Origin: Eledone cirrhosa
Lineage: Eukaryota
Assembly (NCBI GenBank): GCA_964016885.1
Contig: OZ024753.1
Coordinates: 25,110,001-25,174,000 of the forward strand
Length of the DNA stretch: 64,000 nucleotides
Direction of reading: 5' to 3'
Numbering within the stretch: the stretch's first letter is position 1; every line of letters starts with the position of its first letter. A program made the position numbers and the translations under genes. The notes beneath the pieces were generated by a model, which was not told the origin of the DNA, made no database searches, and was given only the letters and a program-made list of their open reading frames with translations. This document shows positions 1-16,114 of the stretch, in pieces.

Positions 1-3000
1 AGACATAGTAACAGGATAGTAATAACTCCAACCAAGACATAGAAACATGATAGTAATAACGCCAACCAAAATATAGAAACAGGATAGTAATAACTCTAAC
101 CAAGATATAGAAACATGGTAGTAATAACTCCAACCAAAATATAGAAACATGATAGTAGTAACTCCAACCAAGACATAGAAACATGATAGTAATAACTCCA
201 ACCAAGAATTAGAAACAGGACAGTAATAACTCCAACCAAGATATAGGAACAGGATAGTAATAACTCCAACCAAGACATAGAAACACGATAGTAATAACTC
301 CAAACTAAATATGGAAACATGATAGTAATAACTCCAATCAAGACATAGAAACAGGATAGTAATAACTCCTACCAAGACATAGAAACAGGATAGTAATAAC
401 TCCAACCAAGACATAGAAACAGGATAGTAATAACTCCAGCCAAGATATAGAAACAGTATAGTAATAACTCCAACCAAGACATAGAAACAGGATAGTAATA
501 ACTCCAACCAAGACATAGAAACAGGATAGTAATAACTCCAGCCAAGATATAGAAACAGGATAGTAATAACTCCAACCAAGACATAGAAACATGATAGTAA
601 TAACTCCAACCAAGATATAGAAACAGGATAGTAATAACTCCAACCAAGACATAGAAACATGATAGTAATAACTCAAACCAAGATATAGAAACAGGATAGT
701 AATAACTCCAGCCAAGACATAGAAACATGATAGTAATAACTCCAGCCAACACATAGAAACATGATAGTAATAACTCCAGCCAAGATATAGAAACAGGATA
801 GTAATAACTCCAGTCAAGACATAGAAACATGATAGTAATAACTCCAGTCAAGACATAGAAACATGATAGTAATAACTCCAGCCAAGACATAGCAACATGA
901 TAGTAATAACTCCAGCCAACACATAGAAACATGATAGTAATAACTCCAGTCAAGACATAGAAACATGATAGTAATAACTCCAGTCAAGACATAGAAACAG
1001 GATAGTAATAACTCCAGTCAAGACATAGAAACATTATAGTAATAACACCAACCAAGACATAGGAACAGGATAGTAATAACTCCAGTCAAGACATAGAAAC
1101 AGGATAGTAATAACTCCAACCAAGACATAGAAACAGGATAGTAATAACTCCAACCAAAATATGGAAACATGATAGTAATAACTCCAACCAAGACATAGAA
1201 ACATGATAGTAATAACTCCAACCAAGACATAGAAACAGGATAGTAATAACTCCAACCAAGATATAGAAATAGGATAGTAATAACTCCAACCAAAATATTG
1301 AAACATGATAGTAATAACTCCAACCAAGATATAGAAACAGGATAGTAATAACTCCAACCAAGACATAGAAACAGGATAGTAATAACTCCAAACTAAATGT
1401 GAAAACATGATAGTAATAACTCCAATCAAGACATAGAAACAGGATAGTAATAACTCCTACCAAGACATAGAAACATGATAGTAATAACTCCAACCAAGAC
1501 ATAGAAACAGGATAGTAATAACTCCAGCCAAGATATAGAAACAGGATAGTAATGAATCCAACCAAGACATAGAAACATGATAGTAATATCTCCAACCAAG
1601 ATATAGAAACAGGATAGTAATAACTCCAACCAAGACATAGAAACATGATAGTAATAACTCCAACCAAGATATAGAAACAGGATAGTAATAACTCCAACCA
1701 AGACATAGAAACATGATAGTAATAACTCAAACCAAGATATAGAAACAGGATAGTAATAACTCCAACCAAGACATAGAAAAAGGATAGTAATAACTCCAGC
1801 CAAGATATAGAAACAGGATAGTAATAACTCCAACCAAGACATAGAAACAGGATAGTAATAACTACAACCAAGATATAGAAACAGGATAGTAATAACTCCA
1901 ACCAAGACATAGAAAAAGGATAGTAATAACTCCAGCCAAGATATAGAAACAGGATAGTAATAACTCCAACCAAGACATAGAAACAGGATAGTAATAACTC
2001 CAACCAAGACATAGAAACAGGATAGTAATAACTCCAACCAAGACATAGAAACAGGATAGTAATAACTACAACCAAGATATAGAAACATGATAGTAATAAC
2101 TCCAGCCAAGATATAGAAACAGGATAGTAATAACTCCAACCAAGACATAGAAACAGGATAGTAATAACTCCAACCAAAATATGGAAACATGATAGTAATA
2201 ACTCCAATCAAGACATAGAAACAGGATAGTAATAACTCCAACCAAGACAGAGAAACAGGATAGTAATAACTCCAGTCAAGACATAGAAGCATGATAGTAA
2301 TAACTCCAACCAAGATATAGAAACAAGATAGTAATAACTCCAACCAAGACATAGAAACATGATAGTAATAACTCCAGTCAAGACATAGAAACATGATAGT
2401 AATAACTCCAACCAAGATATAGAAACAGGATAGTAATAACTCCAGTCAAGACATAGTAACAGGATAGTAATAACTCCAACCAAGATATAGAAACAGGATA
2501 GTAATAACTCCAGTCAAGACATAGTAACAGGATAGTAATAACTCCAACCAAGACATAGAAACATGATAGTAATAACTCCAACCAAAATATAGAAACAGGA
2601 TAGTAATAACTCTAACCAAGATATAGAAACATGGTAGTAATAACTCCAACCAAAATATAGAAACATGATAGTAGTAACTCCAACCAAGACATAGAAACAT
2701 GATAGTAATAACTCCAACCAAGAATTAGAAACAGGACAGTAATAACTCCAACCAAGATATAGAAACAGGATAGTAATAACTCCAACCAAGACATAGAAAC
2801 ACGATAGTAATAACTCCAAACTAAATATGGAAACATGATAGTAATAACTCCAATCAAGACATAGAAACAGGATAGTAATAACTCCTACCAAGACATAGAA
2901 ACAGGATAGTAATAACTCCAACCAAGACATAGAAACAGGATAGTAATAACTCCAGCCAAGATATAGAAACAGTATAGTAATAACTCCAACCAAGACATAG

Positions 3001-6000
3001 AAACAGGATAGTAATAACTCCAACCAAGACATAGAAACAGGATAGTAATAACTCCAGCCAAGATATAGAAACAGGATAGTAATAGCTCCAACCAAGACAT
3101 AGAAACATGATAGTAATAACTCCAACCAAGATATAGAAACAGGATAGTAATAACTCCAACCAAGACATAGAAACATGATAGTAATAACTCAAACCAAGAT
3201 ATAGAAACAGGATAGTAATAACTCCAACCAAGACATAGAAAAAGGATAGTAATAACTCCAGCCAAGATATAGAAACAGGATAGTAATAACTCCAACCAAG
3301 ACATAGAAACAGGATAGTAATAACTACAACCAAGATATAGAAACAGGATAGTAATAACTCCAACCAAGACATAGAAAAAGGATAGTAATAACTCCAGCCA
3401 AGATATAGAAACAGGATAGTAATAACTCCAACAAAGACATAGAAACAGGATAGTAATAACTCCAACCAAGACATAGAAACAGGATAGTAGTAACTCCAAC
3501 CAAGACATAGAAACAGGATAGTAATAACTACAACCAAGATAGAGAAACATGATAGTAATAACTCCAGCCAAGATATAGAAACAGGATAGTAATAACTCCA
3601 ACCAAGACATAGAAACAGGATAGTAATAACTCCAACCAAAATATGGAAACATGATAGTAATAACTCCAACCAAGTTATAGAAACAGGATAGTAATAACTC
3701 CAGTCAAGACATAGTAACAGAATAGTAATAACTACAACCAAGATATAGAAAGATGATAGTAATAACTCCAGTCAAGACATAGAAACAGGATAGTAATAAC
3801 TCCAGCCAAGATATAGAAACAGGATAGTAATAACTCCAACAAAGACATAGAAACAGGATAGTAATAACTCCAACCAAGTCATAGAAACATGATAGTAATA
3901 ACTCCAGTCAAGACATAGAAACAGGATAGTAATAACTCCAGTCAAGACATAGAAACAGGATAGTAATAACTCCAGTCAAGACATAGAAACATGATAATAA
4001 TAACTCCAACCAAGACATAGAAACATGATAGTAATAAACCCAATCATGACATAAAAACATGATAATAATAACTTCAGTCAAGATATAGAAACATGATAGT
4101 AATAACTCCAGTCAAGATATAGAAACATGATAGTAATAACTCCAGTCAAGACATAGAAACATGATAGTAATAACTCCAGCCAAGATATAGAAACAGGATA
4201 GTAATAACTCCAGTCAAGACATAGAAACATGATAGTAATAACTCCAGTCAAGACATAGAAACATGATAGTAATAACTCCAGCCAAGACATAGAAACATGA
4301 TAGTAATAACTCCAGCCAACACATAGAAACATGATAGTAATAACTCCAGCCAAGATATAGAAACAGGATAGTAATAACTCCAGTCAAGACATAGAAACAT
4401 GATAGTAATAACTCCAGTCAAGACATAGAAACAGGATAGTAATAACTCCAGTCAAGACATAGAAACATTATAGTAATAACACCAACCAAGACATAGGAAC
4501 AGGATAGTAATAACTCCAGTCAAGACATAGAAACAGGATAGTAATAACTCCAACCAAGACATAGAAACAGGATAGTAATAACTCCAACCAAAATATGGAA
4601 ACATGATAGTAATAACTCCAACCAAGACATAGAAACATGATAGTAATAACTCCAACCAAGACATAGAAACAGGATAGTAATAACTCCAACCAAGATATAG
4701 AAATAGGATAGTAATAACTCCAACCAAAATATTGAAACATGATAGTAATAACTCCAACCAAGATATAGAAACAGGATAGTAATAACTCCAACCAAGACAT
4801 AGAAACAGGATAGTAATAACTCCAAACTAAATGTGGAAACATGATAGTAATAACTCCAATCAAGACATAGAAACAGGATAGTAATAACTCCTACCAAGAC
4901 ATAGAAACATGATAGTAATAACTCCAACCAAGACATAGAAACAGGATAGTAATAACTCCAGCTAAGATATAGAAACAGGATAGTAATGAATCCAACCAAG
5001 ACATAGAAACATGATAGTAATATCTCCAACCAAGATATAGAAACAGGATAGTAATAACACCAACCAAGACATAGAAACACGATAGTAATAACTCCAACCA
5101 AGATATAGAAACAGGATAGTAATAACTCCAACCAAGACATAGAAACATGATAGTAATAACTCAAACCAAGATATAGAAACAGGATAGTAATAACTCCAAC
5201 CAAGACATAGAAAAAGGATAGTAATAACTCCAGCCAAGATATAGAAACAGGATAGTAATAACTCCAACCAAGACATAGAAACAGGATAGTAATAACTACA
5301 ACCAAGATATAGAAACAGGATAGTAATAACTCCAACCAAGACATAGAAAAAGGATAGTAATAACTCCAGCCAAGATATAGAAACAGGATAGTAATAACTC
5401 CAACCAAGACATAGAAACAGGATAGTAATAACTCCAACCAAGACATAGAAACAGGATAGTAATAACTCCAACCAAGACATAGAAACAGGATAGTAATAAC
5501 TACAACCAAGATATAGAAACATGATAGTAATAACTCCAGCCAAGATATAGAAACAGGATAGTAATAACTCCAACCAAGACATAGAAACAGGATAGTAATA
5601 ACTCCAACCAAAATATGGAAACATGATAGTAATAACTCCAATCAAGACATAGAAACAGGATAGTAATAACTCCAACCAAGACAGAGAAACAGGATAGTAA
5701 TAACTCCAGTCAAGACATAGAAACAGGATAGTAATAACTCCAGCCAAGATATAGAAACAGGATAGTAATAACTCCAGTCAAGACATAGAAACATGATAGT
5801 AATAACTCCAGTCAAGACATAGAGACATGATAGTAATAACTCCAGTCAAGACATAGAAACAGGATAGTAATAACTCCAGTCAAGACATAGAAACATGATA
5901 GTAATAACTCCAACCAAGTCATAGAAACATGATAGTAATAACTCCAGTCAAGACACAGAAACAGGATAATAATAACTCCAGTCAAGACATAGAAACATTA

Positions 6001-9000
6001 TAGTAATAACACCAACCAAGACATAGGAACAGGATAGTAATAACTCCAGTCAAGACATAGAAACAGGATAGTAATAACTCCAACCAAGATATAGAAACAG
6101 GATAGTAATAACTCCAGTCAAGACATAGAAGCATGATAGTAATAACTCCAACCAAGATATAGAAACAAGATAGTAATAACTCCAACCAAGACATAGAAAC
6201 ATGATAGTAATAACTCCAGTCAAGACATAGAAACATGATAGTAATAACACCAGTCACGACGTCGAAACAGGATAGTAATAACTCCTGCCAAGATATAGAA
6301 ACAGGATAGTAATAACTCCAACCAAGACATAGAAACATGATAGTAATAACTCCAACCAAGACATAGAAACATGATAGTAATAACTCCAACCAAGATATAG
6401 AAACAGGATAGTAATAACTCCAGTCAAGACATAGTAACAGGATAGTAATAACTCCAACCAAGATATAGAAACAGGATAGTAATAACTCCAGTCAAGACAT
6501 AGTAACAGGATAGTAATAACTCCAACCAAGACATAGAAACATGATAGTAATAACGCCAACCAAAATATAGAAACAGGATAGTAATAACTCTAACCAAGAT
6601 ATAGAAACATGGTAGTAATAACTCCAACCAAAATATAGAAACATGATAGTAGTAACTCCAACCAAGACATAGAAACATGATAGTAATAACTCCAACCAAG
6701 AATTAGAAACAGGACAGTAATAACTCCAACCAAGATATAGAAACAGGATAGTAATAACTCCAACCAAGACATAGAAACACGATAGTAATAACTCCAAACT
6801 AAATATGGAAACATGATAGTAATAACTCCAATCAAGACATAGAAACAGGATAGTAATAACTCCTACCAAGACATAGAAACAGGATAGTAATAACTCCAAC
6901 CAAGACATAGAAACAGGATAGTAATAACTCCAGCCAAGATATAGAAACAGTATAGTAATAACTCCAACCAAGACATAGAAACAGGATAGTAATAACTCCA
7001 ACCAAGACATAGAAACAGGATAGTAATAACTCCAGCCAAGATATAGAAACAGGATAGTAATAACTCCAACCAAGACATAGAAACATGATAGTAATAACTC
7101 CAACCAAGATATAGAAACAGGATAGTAATAACTCCAACCAAGACATAGAAACATGATAGTAATAACTCAAACCAAGATATAGAAACAGGATAGTAATAAC
7201 TCCAGCCAAGACATAGAAACATGATAGTAATAACTCCAGCCAACACATAGAAACATGATAGTAATAACTCCAGCCAAGATATAGAAACAGGATAGTAATA
7301 ACTCCAGTCAAGACATAGAAACATGATAGTAATAACTCCAGTCAAGACATAGAAACATGATAGTAATAACTCCAGCCAAGACATAGCAACATGATAGTAA
7401 TAACTCCAGCCAACACATAGAAACATGATAGTAATAACTCCAGCCAAGATATAGAAACAGGATAGTAATAACTCCAGTCAAGACATAGAAACATGATAGT
7501 AATAACTCCAGTCAAGACATAGAAACAGGATAGTAATAACTCCAGTCAAGACATAGAAACATTATAGTAATAACACCAACCAAGACATAGGAACAGGATA
7601 GTAATAACTCCAGTCAAGACATAGAAACAGGATAGTAATAACTCCAACCAAGACATAGAAACAGGATAGTAATAACTCCAACCAAAATATGGAAACATGA
7701 TAGTAATAACTCCAACCAAGACATAGAAACATGATAGTAATAACTCCAACCAAGACATAGAAACAGGATAGTAATAACTCCAACCAAGACAGAGAAACAG
7801 CATAGTAATAACTCCAACCAAAATATTGAAACATGATAGTAATAACTCCAACCAAGATATAGAAACAGGATAGTAATAACTCCAACCAAGACATAGAAAC
7901 AGGATAGTAATAACTCCAAACTAAATGTGGAAACATGATAGTAATGAATCCAACCAAGACATAGAAACATGATAGTAATATCTCCAACCAAGATATAGAA
8001 ACAGGATAGTAATAACTCCAACCAAGACATAGAAACATGATAGTAATAACTCCAACCAAGATATAGAAACAGGATAGTAATAACTCCAACCAAGACATAG
8101 AAACATGATAGTAATAACTCAAACCAAGATATAGAAACAGGATAGTAATAACTCCAACCAAGACATAGAAAAAGGATAGTAATAACTCCAGCCAAGATAT
8201 AGAAACAGGATAGTAATAACTCCAACCAAGACATAGAAACAGGATAGTAATAACTACAACCAAGATATAGAAACAGGATAGTAATAACTCCAACCAAGAC
8301 ATAGAAAAAGGATAGTAATAACTCCAGCCAAGATATAGAAACAGGATAGTAATAACTCCAACCAAGACATAGAAACAGGATAGTAATAACTCCAACCAAG
8401 ACATAGAAACAGGATAGTAATAACTCCAACCAAGACATAGAAACAGGATAGTAATAACTCCAACCAAGACATAGAAACAGGATAGTAATAACTACAACCA
8501 AGATATAGAAACATGATAGTAATAACTCCAGCCAAGATATAGAAACAGGATAGTAATAACTCCAACCAAGACATAGAAACAGGATAGTAATAACTCCAAC
8601 CAAAATATGGAAACATGATAGTAATAACTCCAATCAAGACATAGAAACAGGATAGTAATAACTCCAACCAAGACAGAGAAACAGGATAGTAATAACTCCA
8701 GTCAAGACATAGAAGCATGATAGTAATAACTCCAACCAAGATATAGAAACAAGATAGTAATAACTCCAACCAAGACATAGAAACATGATAGTAATAACTC
8801 CAGTCAAGACATAGAAACATGATAGTAATAACTCCAACCAAGATATAGAAACAGGATAGTAATAACTCCAGTCAAGACATAGTAACAGGATAGTAATAAC
8901 TCCAACCAAGATATAGAAACAGGATAGTAATAACTCCAGTCAAGACATAGTAACAGGATAGTAATAACTCCAACCAAGACATAGAAACATGATAGTAATA

Positions 9001-12000
9001 ACTCCAACCAAAATATAGAAACAGGATAGTAATAACTCTAACCAAGATATAGAAACATGGTAGTAATAACTCCAACCAAAATATAGAAACATGATAGTAG
9101 TAACTCCAACCAAGACATAGAAACATGATAGTAATAACTCCAACCAAGAATTAGAAACAGGACAGTAATAACTCCAACCAAGATATAGAAACAGGATAGT
9201 AATAACTCCAACCAAGACATAGAAACACGATAGTAATAACTCCAAACTAAATATGGAAACATGATAGTAATAACTCCAATCAAGACATAGAAACAGGATA
9301 GTAATAACTCCTACCAAGACATAGAAACAGGATAGTAATAACTCCAACCAAGACATAGAAACAGGATAGTAATAACTCAAACCAAGATATAGAAACAGGA
9401 TAGTAATAACTCCAACCAAGACATAGAAAAAGGATAGAAATAACTCCAGCCAAGATATAGAAACAGGATAGTAATAACTCCAACCAAGACATAGAAACAG
9501 GATAGTAATAACTACAACCAAGATATAGAAACAGGATAGTAATAACTCCAACCAAGACATAGAAACAGGATAGTAATAACTCCAACCAAGACATAGAAAC
9601 AGGATAGTAATAACTCCAGCCAAGATATAGAAACAGGATAGTAATAACTCCAACCAAGACATAGAAACATGATAGTAATAACTCCAACCAAGATATAGAA
9701 ACAGGATAGTAATAACTCCAACCAAGACATAGAAACATGATAGTAATAACTCAAACCAAGATATAGAAACAGGATAGTAATAACTCCAACCAAGACATAG
9801 AAAAAGGATAGAAATAACTCCAGCCAAGATATAGAAACAGGATAGTAATAACTCCAACCAAGACATAGAAACAGGATAGTAATAACTACAACCAAGATAT
9901 AGAAACAGGATAGTAATAACTCCAACCAAGACATAGAAAAAGGATAGTAATAACTCCAGCCAAGATATAGAAACAGGATAGTAATAACTCCAACAAAGAC
10001 ATAGAAACAGGATAGTAATAACTCCAACCAAGACATAGAAACAGGATAGTAGTAACTCCAACCAAGACATAGAAACAGGATAGTAATAACTACAACCAAG
10101 ATAGAGAAACATGATAGTAATAACTCCAGCCAAGATATAGAAACAGGATAGTAATAACTCCAACCAAGACATAGAAACAGGATAGTAATAACTCCAACCA
10201 AAATATGGAAACATGATAGTAATAACTCCAACCAAGTTATAGAAACAGGATAGTAATAACTCCAGTCAAGACATAGTAACAGAATAGTAATAACTACAAC
10301 CAAGATATAGAAACATGATAGTAATAACTCCAGTCAAGACATAGAAACAGGATAGTAATAACTCCAGCCAAGATATAGAAACAGGATAGTAATAACTCCA
10401 ACAAAGACATAGAAACAGGATAGTAATAACTCCAACCAAGTCATAGAAACATGATAGTAATAACTCCAGTCAAGACATAGAAACAGGATAGTAATAACTC
10501 CAGTCAAGACATAGAAACATGATAATAATAACTCCAACCAAGACATAGAAACATGATAGTAATAAACCCAATCATGACATAAAAACATGATAATAATAAC
10601 TTCAGTCAAGATATAGAAACATGATAGTAATAACTCCAGTCAAGATATAGAAACATGATAGTAATAACTCCAGCCAAGACATAGAAACATGATAGTAATA
10701 ACTCCAGCCAACACATAGAAACATGATAGTAATAACTCCAGCCAAGATATAGAAACAGGATAGTAATAACTCCAGTCAAGACATAGAAACATGATAGTAA
10801 TAACTCCAGTCAAGACATAGAAACATGATAGTAATAACTCCAGCCAAGACATAGAAACATGATAGTAATAACTCCAGCCAACACATAGAAACATGATAGT
10901 AATAACTCCAGCCAAGATATAGAAACAGGATAGTAATAACTCCAGTCAAGACATAGAAACATGATAGTAATAACTCCAGTCAAGACATAGAAACAGGATA
11001 GTAATAACTCCAGTCAAGACATAGAAACATTATAGTAATAACACCAACCAAGACATAGGAACAGGATAGTAATAACTCCAGTCAAGACATAGAAACAGGA
11101 TAGTAATAACTCCAACCAAGACATAGAAACAGGATAGTAATAACTCCAACCAAAATATGGAAACATGATAGTAATAACTCCAACCAAGACATAGAAACAT
11201 GATAGTAATAACTCCAACCAAGACATAGAAACAGGATAGTAATAACTCCAACCAAGATATAGAAATAGGATAGTAATAACTCCAACCAAAATATTGAAAC
11301 ATGATAGTAATAACTCCAACCAAGATATAGAAACAGGATAGTAATAACTCCAACCAAGACATAGAAACAGGATAGTAATAACTCCAAACTAAATGTGGAA
11401 ACATGATAGTAATAACTCCAATCAAGACATAGAAACAGGATAGTAATAACTCCTACCAAGACATAGAAACATGATAGTAATAACTCCAACCAAGACATAG
11501 AAACAGGATAGTAATAACTCCAGCCAAGATATAGAAACAGGATAGTAATGAATCCAACCAAGACATAGAAACATGATAGTAATATCTCCAACCAAGATAT
11601 AGAAACAGGATAGTAATAACTCCAACCAAGACATAGAAACACGATAGTAATAACTCCAACCAAGATATAGAAACAGGATAGTAATAACTCCAACCAAGAC
11701 ATAGAAACATTATAGTAATAACTCAAACCAAGATATAGAAACAGGATAGTAATAACTCCAACCAAGACATAGAAAAAGGATAGTAATAACTCCAGCCAAG
11801 ATATAGAAACAGGATAGTAATAACTCCAACCAAGACATAGAAACAGGATAGTAATAACTACAACCAAGATATAGAAACAGGATAGTAATAACTCCAACCA
11901 AGACATAGAAAAAGGATAGTAATAACTCCAGCCAAGATATAGAAACAGGATAGTAATAACTCCAACCAAGACATAGAAACAGGATAGTAATAACTCCAAC

Positions 12001-14100
12001 CAAGACATAGAAACAGGATAGTAATAACTCCAACCAAGACATAGAAACAGGATAGTAATAACTACAACCAAGATATAGAAACATGATAGTAATAACTCCA
12101 GCCAAGATATAGAAACAGGATAGTAATAACTCCAGTCAAGACATAGAAACATGATAGTAATAACTCCAGTCAAGACATAGAAACATGATAGTAATAACTC
12201 CAGTCAAGACATAGAAACAGGATAGTAATAACTCCAGTCAAGACATAGAAACATGATAGTAATAACTCCAACCAAGTCATAGAAACATGATAGTAATAAC
12301 TCCAGTCAAGACACAGAAACAGGATAGTAATAACTCCAGTCAAGACATAGAAACATTATAGTAATAACACCAACCAAGACATAGGAACAGGATAGTAATA
12401 ACTCCAGTCAAGACATAGAAACAGGATAGTAATAACTCCAACCAAGATATAGAAACAGGATAGTAATAACTCCAGTCAAGACATAGAAGCATGATAGTAA
12501 TAACTCCAACCAAGATATAGAAACAAGATAGTAATAAATCCAACCAAGACATAGAAACATGATAGTAATAACTCCAGTCAAGACATAGAAACATGATAGT
12601 AATAACACCAGTCACGACGTCGAAACAGGATAGTAATAACTCCTGCCAAGATATAGAAACAGGATAGTAATAACTCCAACCAAGACATAGAAACATGATA
12701 GTAATAACTCCAACCAAGACATAGAAACATGATAGTAATAACTCCAACCAAGATATAGAAACAGGATAGTAATAACTCCAGTCAAGACATAGTAACAGGA
12801 TAGTAATAACTCCAACCAAGATATAGAAACAGGATAGTAATAACTCCAGTCAAGACATAGTAACAGGATAGTAATAACTCCAACCAAGACATAGAAACAT
12901 GATAGTAATAACGCCAACCAAAATATAGAAACAGGATAGTAATAACTCTAACCAAGATATAGAAACATGGTAGTAATAACTCCAACCAAAATATAGAAAC
13001 ATGATAGTAGTAACTCCAACCAAGACATAGAAACATGATAGTAATAACTCCAACCAAGAATTAGAAACAGGACAGTAATAACTCCAACCAAGATATAGAA
13101 ACAGGATAGTAATAACTCCAACCAAGACATAGAAACACGATAGTAATAACTCCAAACTAAATATGGAAACATGATAGTAATAACTCCAATCAAGACATAG
13201 AAACAGGATAGTAATAACTCCTACCAAGACATAGAAACAGGATAGTAATAACTCCAACCAAGACATAGAAACAGGATAGTAATAACTCCAGCCAAGATAT
13301 AGAAACAGTATAGTAATAACTCCAACCAAGACATAGAAACAGGATAGTAATAACTCCAACCAAGACATAGAAACAGGATAGTAATAACTCCAGCCAAGAT
13401 ATAGAAACAGGATAGTAATAACTCCAACCAAGACATAGAAACATGATAGTAATAACTCCAACCAAGATATAGAAACAGGATAGTAATAACTCCAACCAAG
13501 ACATAGAAACATGATAGTAATAACTCAAACCAAGATATAGAAACAGGATAGTAATAACTCCAACCAAGACATAGAAAAAGGATAGTAATAACTCCAGCCA
13601 AGATATAGAAACAGGATAGTAATAACTCCAACCAAGACATAGAAACAGGATAGTAATAACTACAACCAAGATATAGAAACAGGATAGTAATAACTCCAAC
13701 CAAGACATAGAAAAAGGATAGTAATAACTCCAGCCAAGATATAGAAACAGGATAGTAATAACTCCAACAAAGACATAGAAACAGGATAGTAATAACTCCA
13801 ACCAAGACATAGAAACAGGATAGTAGTAACTCCAACCAAGACATAGAAACAGGATAGTAATAACTACAACCAAGATATAGAAACATGATAGTAATAACTC
13901 CAGCCAAGATATAGAAACAGGATAGTAATAACTCCAACCAAGACATAGAAACAGGATAGTAATAACTCCAACCAAAATATGGAAACATGATAGTAATAAC
14001 TCCAACCAAGTTATAGAAACAGGATAGTAATAACTCCAGTCAAGACATAGTAACAGAATAGTAATAACTACAACCAAGATATAGAAACATGATAGTAATA
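1..14100. repeat. Imperfect ~6.4-6.5 kb higher-order repeat (about 2 copies), each made of two related sub-blocks of ~72-74 and ~115-117 monomers
   Basis: The same variant block (ORF-track marker) recurs at 96, 2612, 6590, 9038 and 12948. Spacings are 2516, 3978, 2448 and 3910 bp = 74, 117, 72 and 115 x 34. The CGACGTCG monomer occurs at 6257 and 12615 (6358 = 187x34). Confidence 0.85.
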
Positions 14101-16114
14101 ACTCCAGTCAAGACATAGAAACAGGATAGTAATAACTCCAGCCAAGATATAGAAACAGGATAGTAATAACTCCAGTCAAGACATAGAAACATGATAGTAA
14201 TAACTCCAGTCAAGACATAGAAACATGATAGTAATAACTCCAGCCAAGATATAGAAACAGGATAGTAATAACTCCAGTCAAGACATAGAAACATGATAGT
14301 AATAACTCCAGTCAAGACATAGAAACATGATAGTAATAACTCCAACCAAGTCATAGAAACATGATAGTAATAACTCCAGTCAAGACATAGAAACAGGATA
14401 GTAATAACTCCAGTCAAGACATAGAAACATTATAGTAATAACACCAACCAAGACATAGGAACAGGATAGTAATAACTCCAGTCAAAACATAGAAACAGGA
14501 TAGTAATAACTCCAACCAAGATATAGAAACATGATAGTAATAACTCCAGTCAAGACATAGAAACATGATAGTAATAACCCCAATCAAGTTATAGAAACAT
14601 GATAGTAATAACTCCAACCAAGACATAGAAACATGATAATAATAACTCCAACCAAGACATAGAAACATGATAGTTATAAACCCAATCATGACATAAAAAC
14701 ATGATAATAATAACTTCAGTCAAGATATAGAAACATGATAGTAATAACTCCAGTCAAGATATAGAAACATGATAGTAATAACTCCAGCCAAGACATAGAA
14801 ACATGATAGTAATAACTCCAGCCAACACATAGAAACATGATAGTAATAACTCCAGCCAAGATATAGAAACAGGATAGTAATAACTCCAGTCAAGACATAG
14901 AAACATGATAGTAATAACTCCAGTCAAGACATAGAAACATGATAGTAATAACTCCAGCCAAGACATAGAAACATGATAGTAATAACTCCAGCCAACACAT
15001 AGAAACATGATAGTAATAAATCCAGCCAAGATATAGAAACAAGATAGTAATAACTCTAACCAAGATATAGAAACATGACAGTAATAACTCCAACCAAAAT
15101 ATAGAAACATGATAGTAGTAACTCCAACCAAGACATAGAAACATGATAGTAATAACTCCAACCAAGACATAGAAACATGATAGTAATAACTCCAACCAAG
15201 ACATAGAAATATGATAGTAATAAACCCAATCATGACATAAAAACATGATAATAATAACTTCAGTCAAGATATAGAAACATGATAGTAATAACTCCAACCA
15301 AGACATAGAAACAGGATAGTAATAACTCCAGACAAGACTGATAAACATGATAATAATAACTCCAACCAAGACATAGAAACATGATAGTAATAACCCCAAT
15401 CATGACATAAAAACATGATAATAATAACTTCAGTCAAGATATAGAAACATGATAGTAATAACTCCAGTCAAGATATAGAAACATGATAGTAATAACTCCA
15501 GCCAAGACATAGAAACATGATAGTAATAACTCCAGCCAACATATAGAAACATGATAGTAATAACTCCCGCCAAGATATAGAAACATGATAGTAATAACTC
15601 CAGTCAAGACATAGAAACATGATAGTAATAACTCCAGTCAAGATATAGAAACATGATAGTAATAACCCCAATCAAGTTATAGAAACATGATAGTAATAAC
15701 TCCAACCAAGACATAGAAACATGATAGTAATAACTCCAACCAAAATATAGAAACAGGATAGTAATAACTCTAACCAAGACATAGAAACAGGATAGTAATA
15801 ACTCCAAACTAAATATGGAAACATGATAGTAATAACTCCAATCAAGACATAGAAACAGGATAGTAATAACTCCTACCAAGACATAGAAACAGGATAGTAA
15901 TAACTCCAACCAAGACATAGAAACAGGATAGTAATAACTCCAGCCAAGATATAGAAACAGTATAGTAATAACTCCAACCAAGACATAGAAACAGGATAGT
16001 AATAACTCCAACCAAGACATAGAAACAGGATAGTAATAACTCCAGCCAAGATATAGAAACAAGATAGTAATAACTCCAACCAAGACATAGAAACATGATA
16101 GTAATAACTCCCGC

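Noticed and set aside
1-34. loxP/FRT-like 34-bp recombination site array
   Set aside because: The length match is coincidental. The monomer lacks the 13-bp inverted arms.
1-34. Monomer derived from a 2x17-bp or shorter subrepeat
   Set aside because: The halves match at only 7/17 positions. ATAG/ATAA and ACAT echoes are expected in 50% A sequence.
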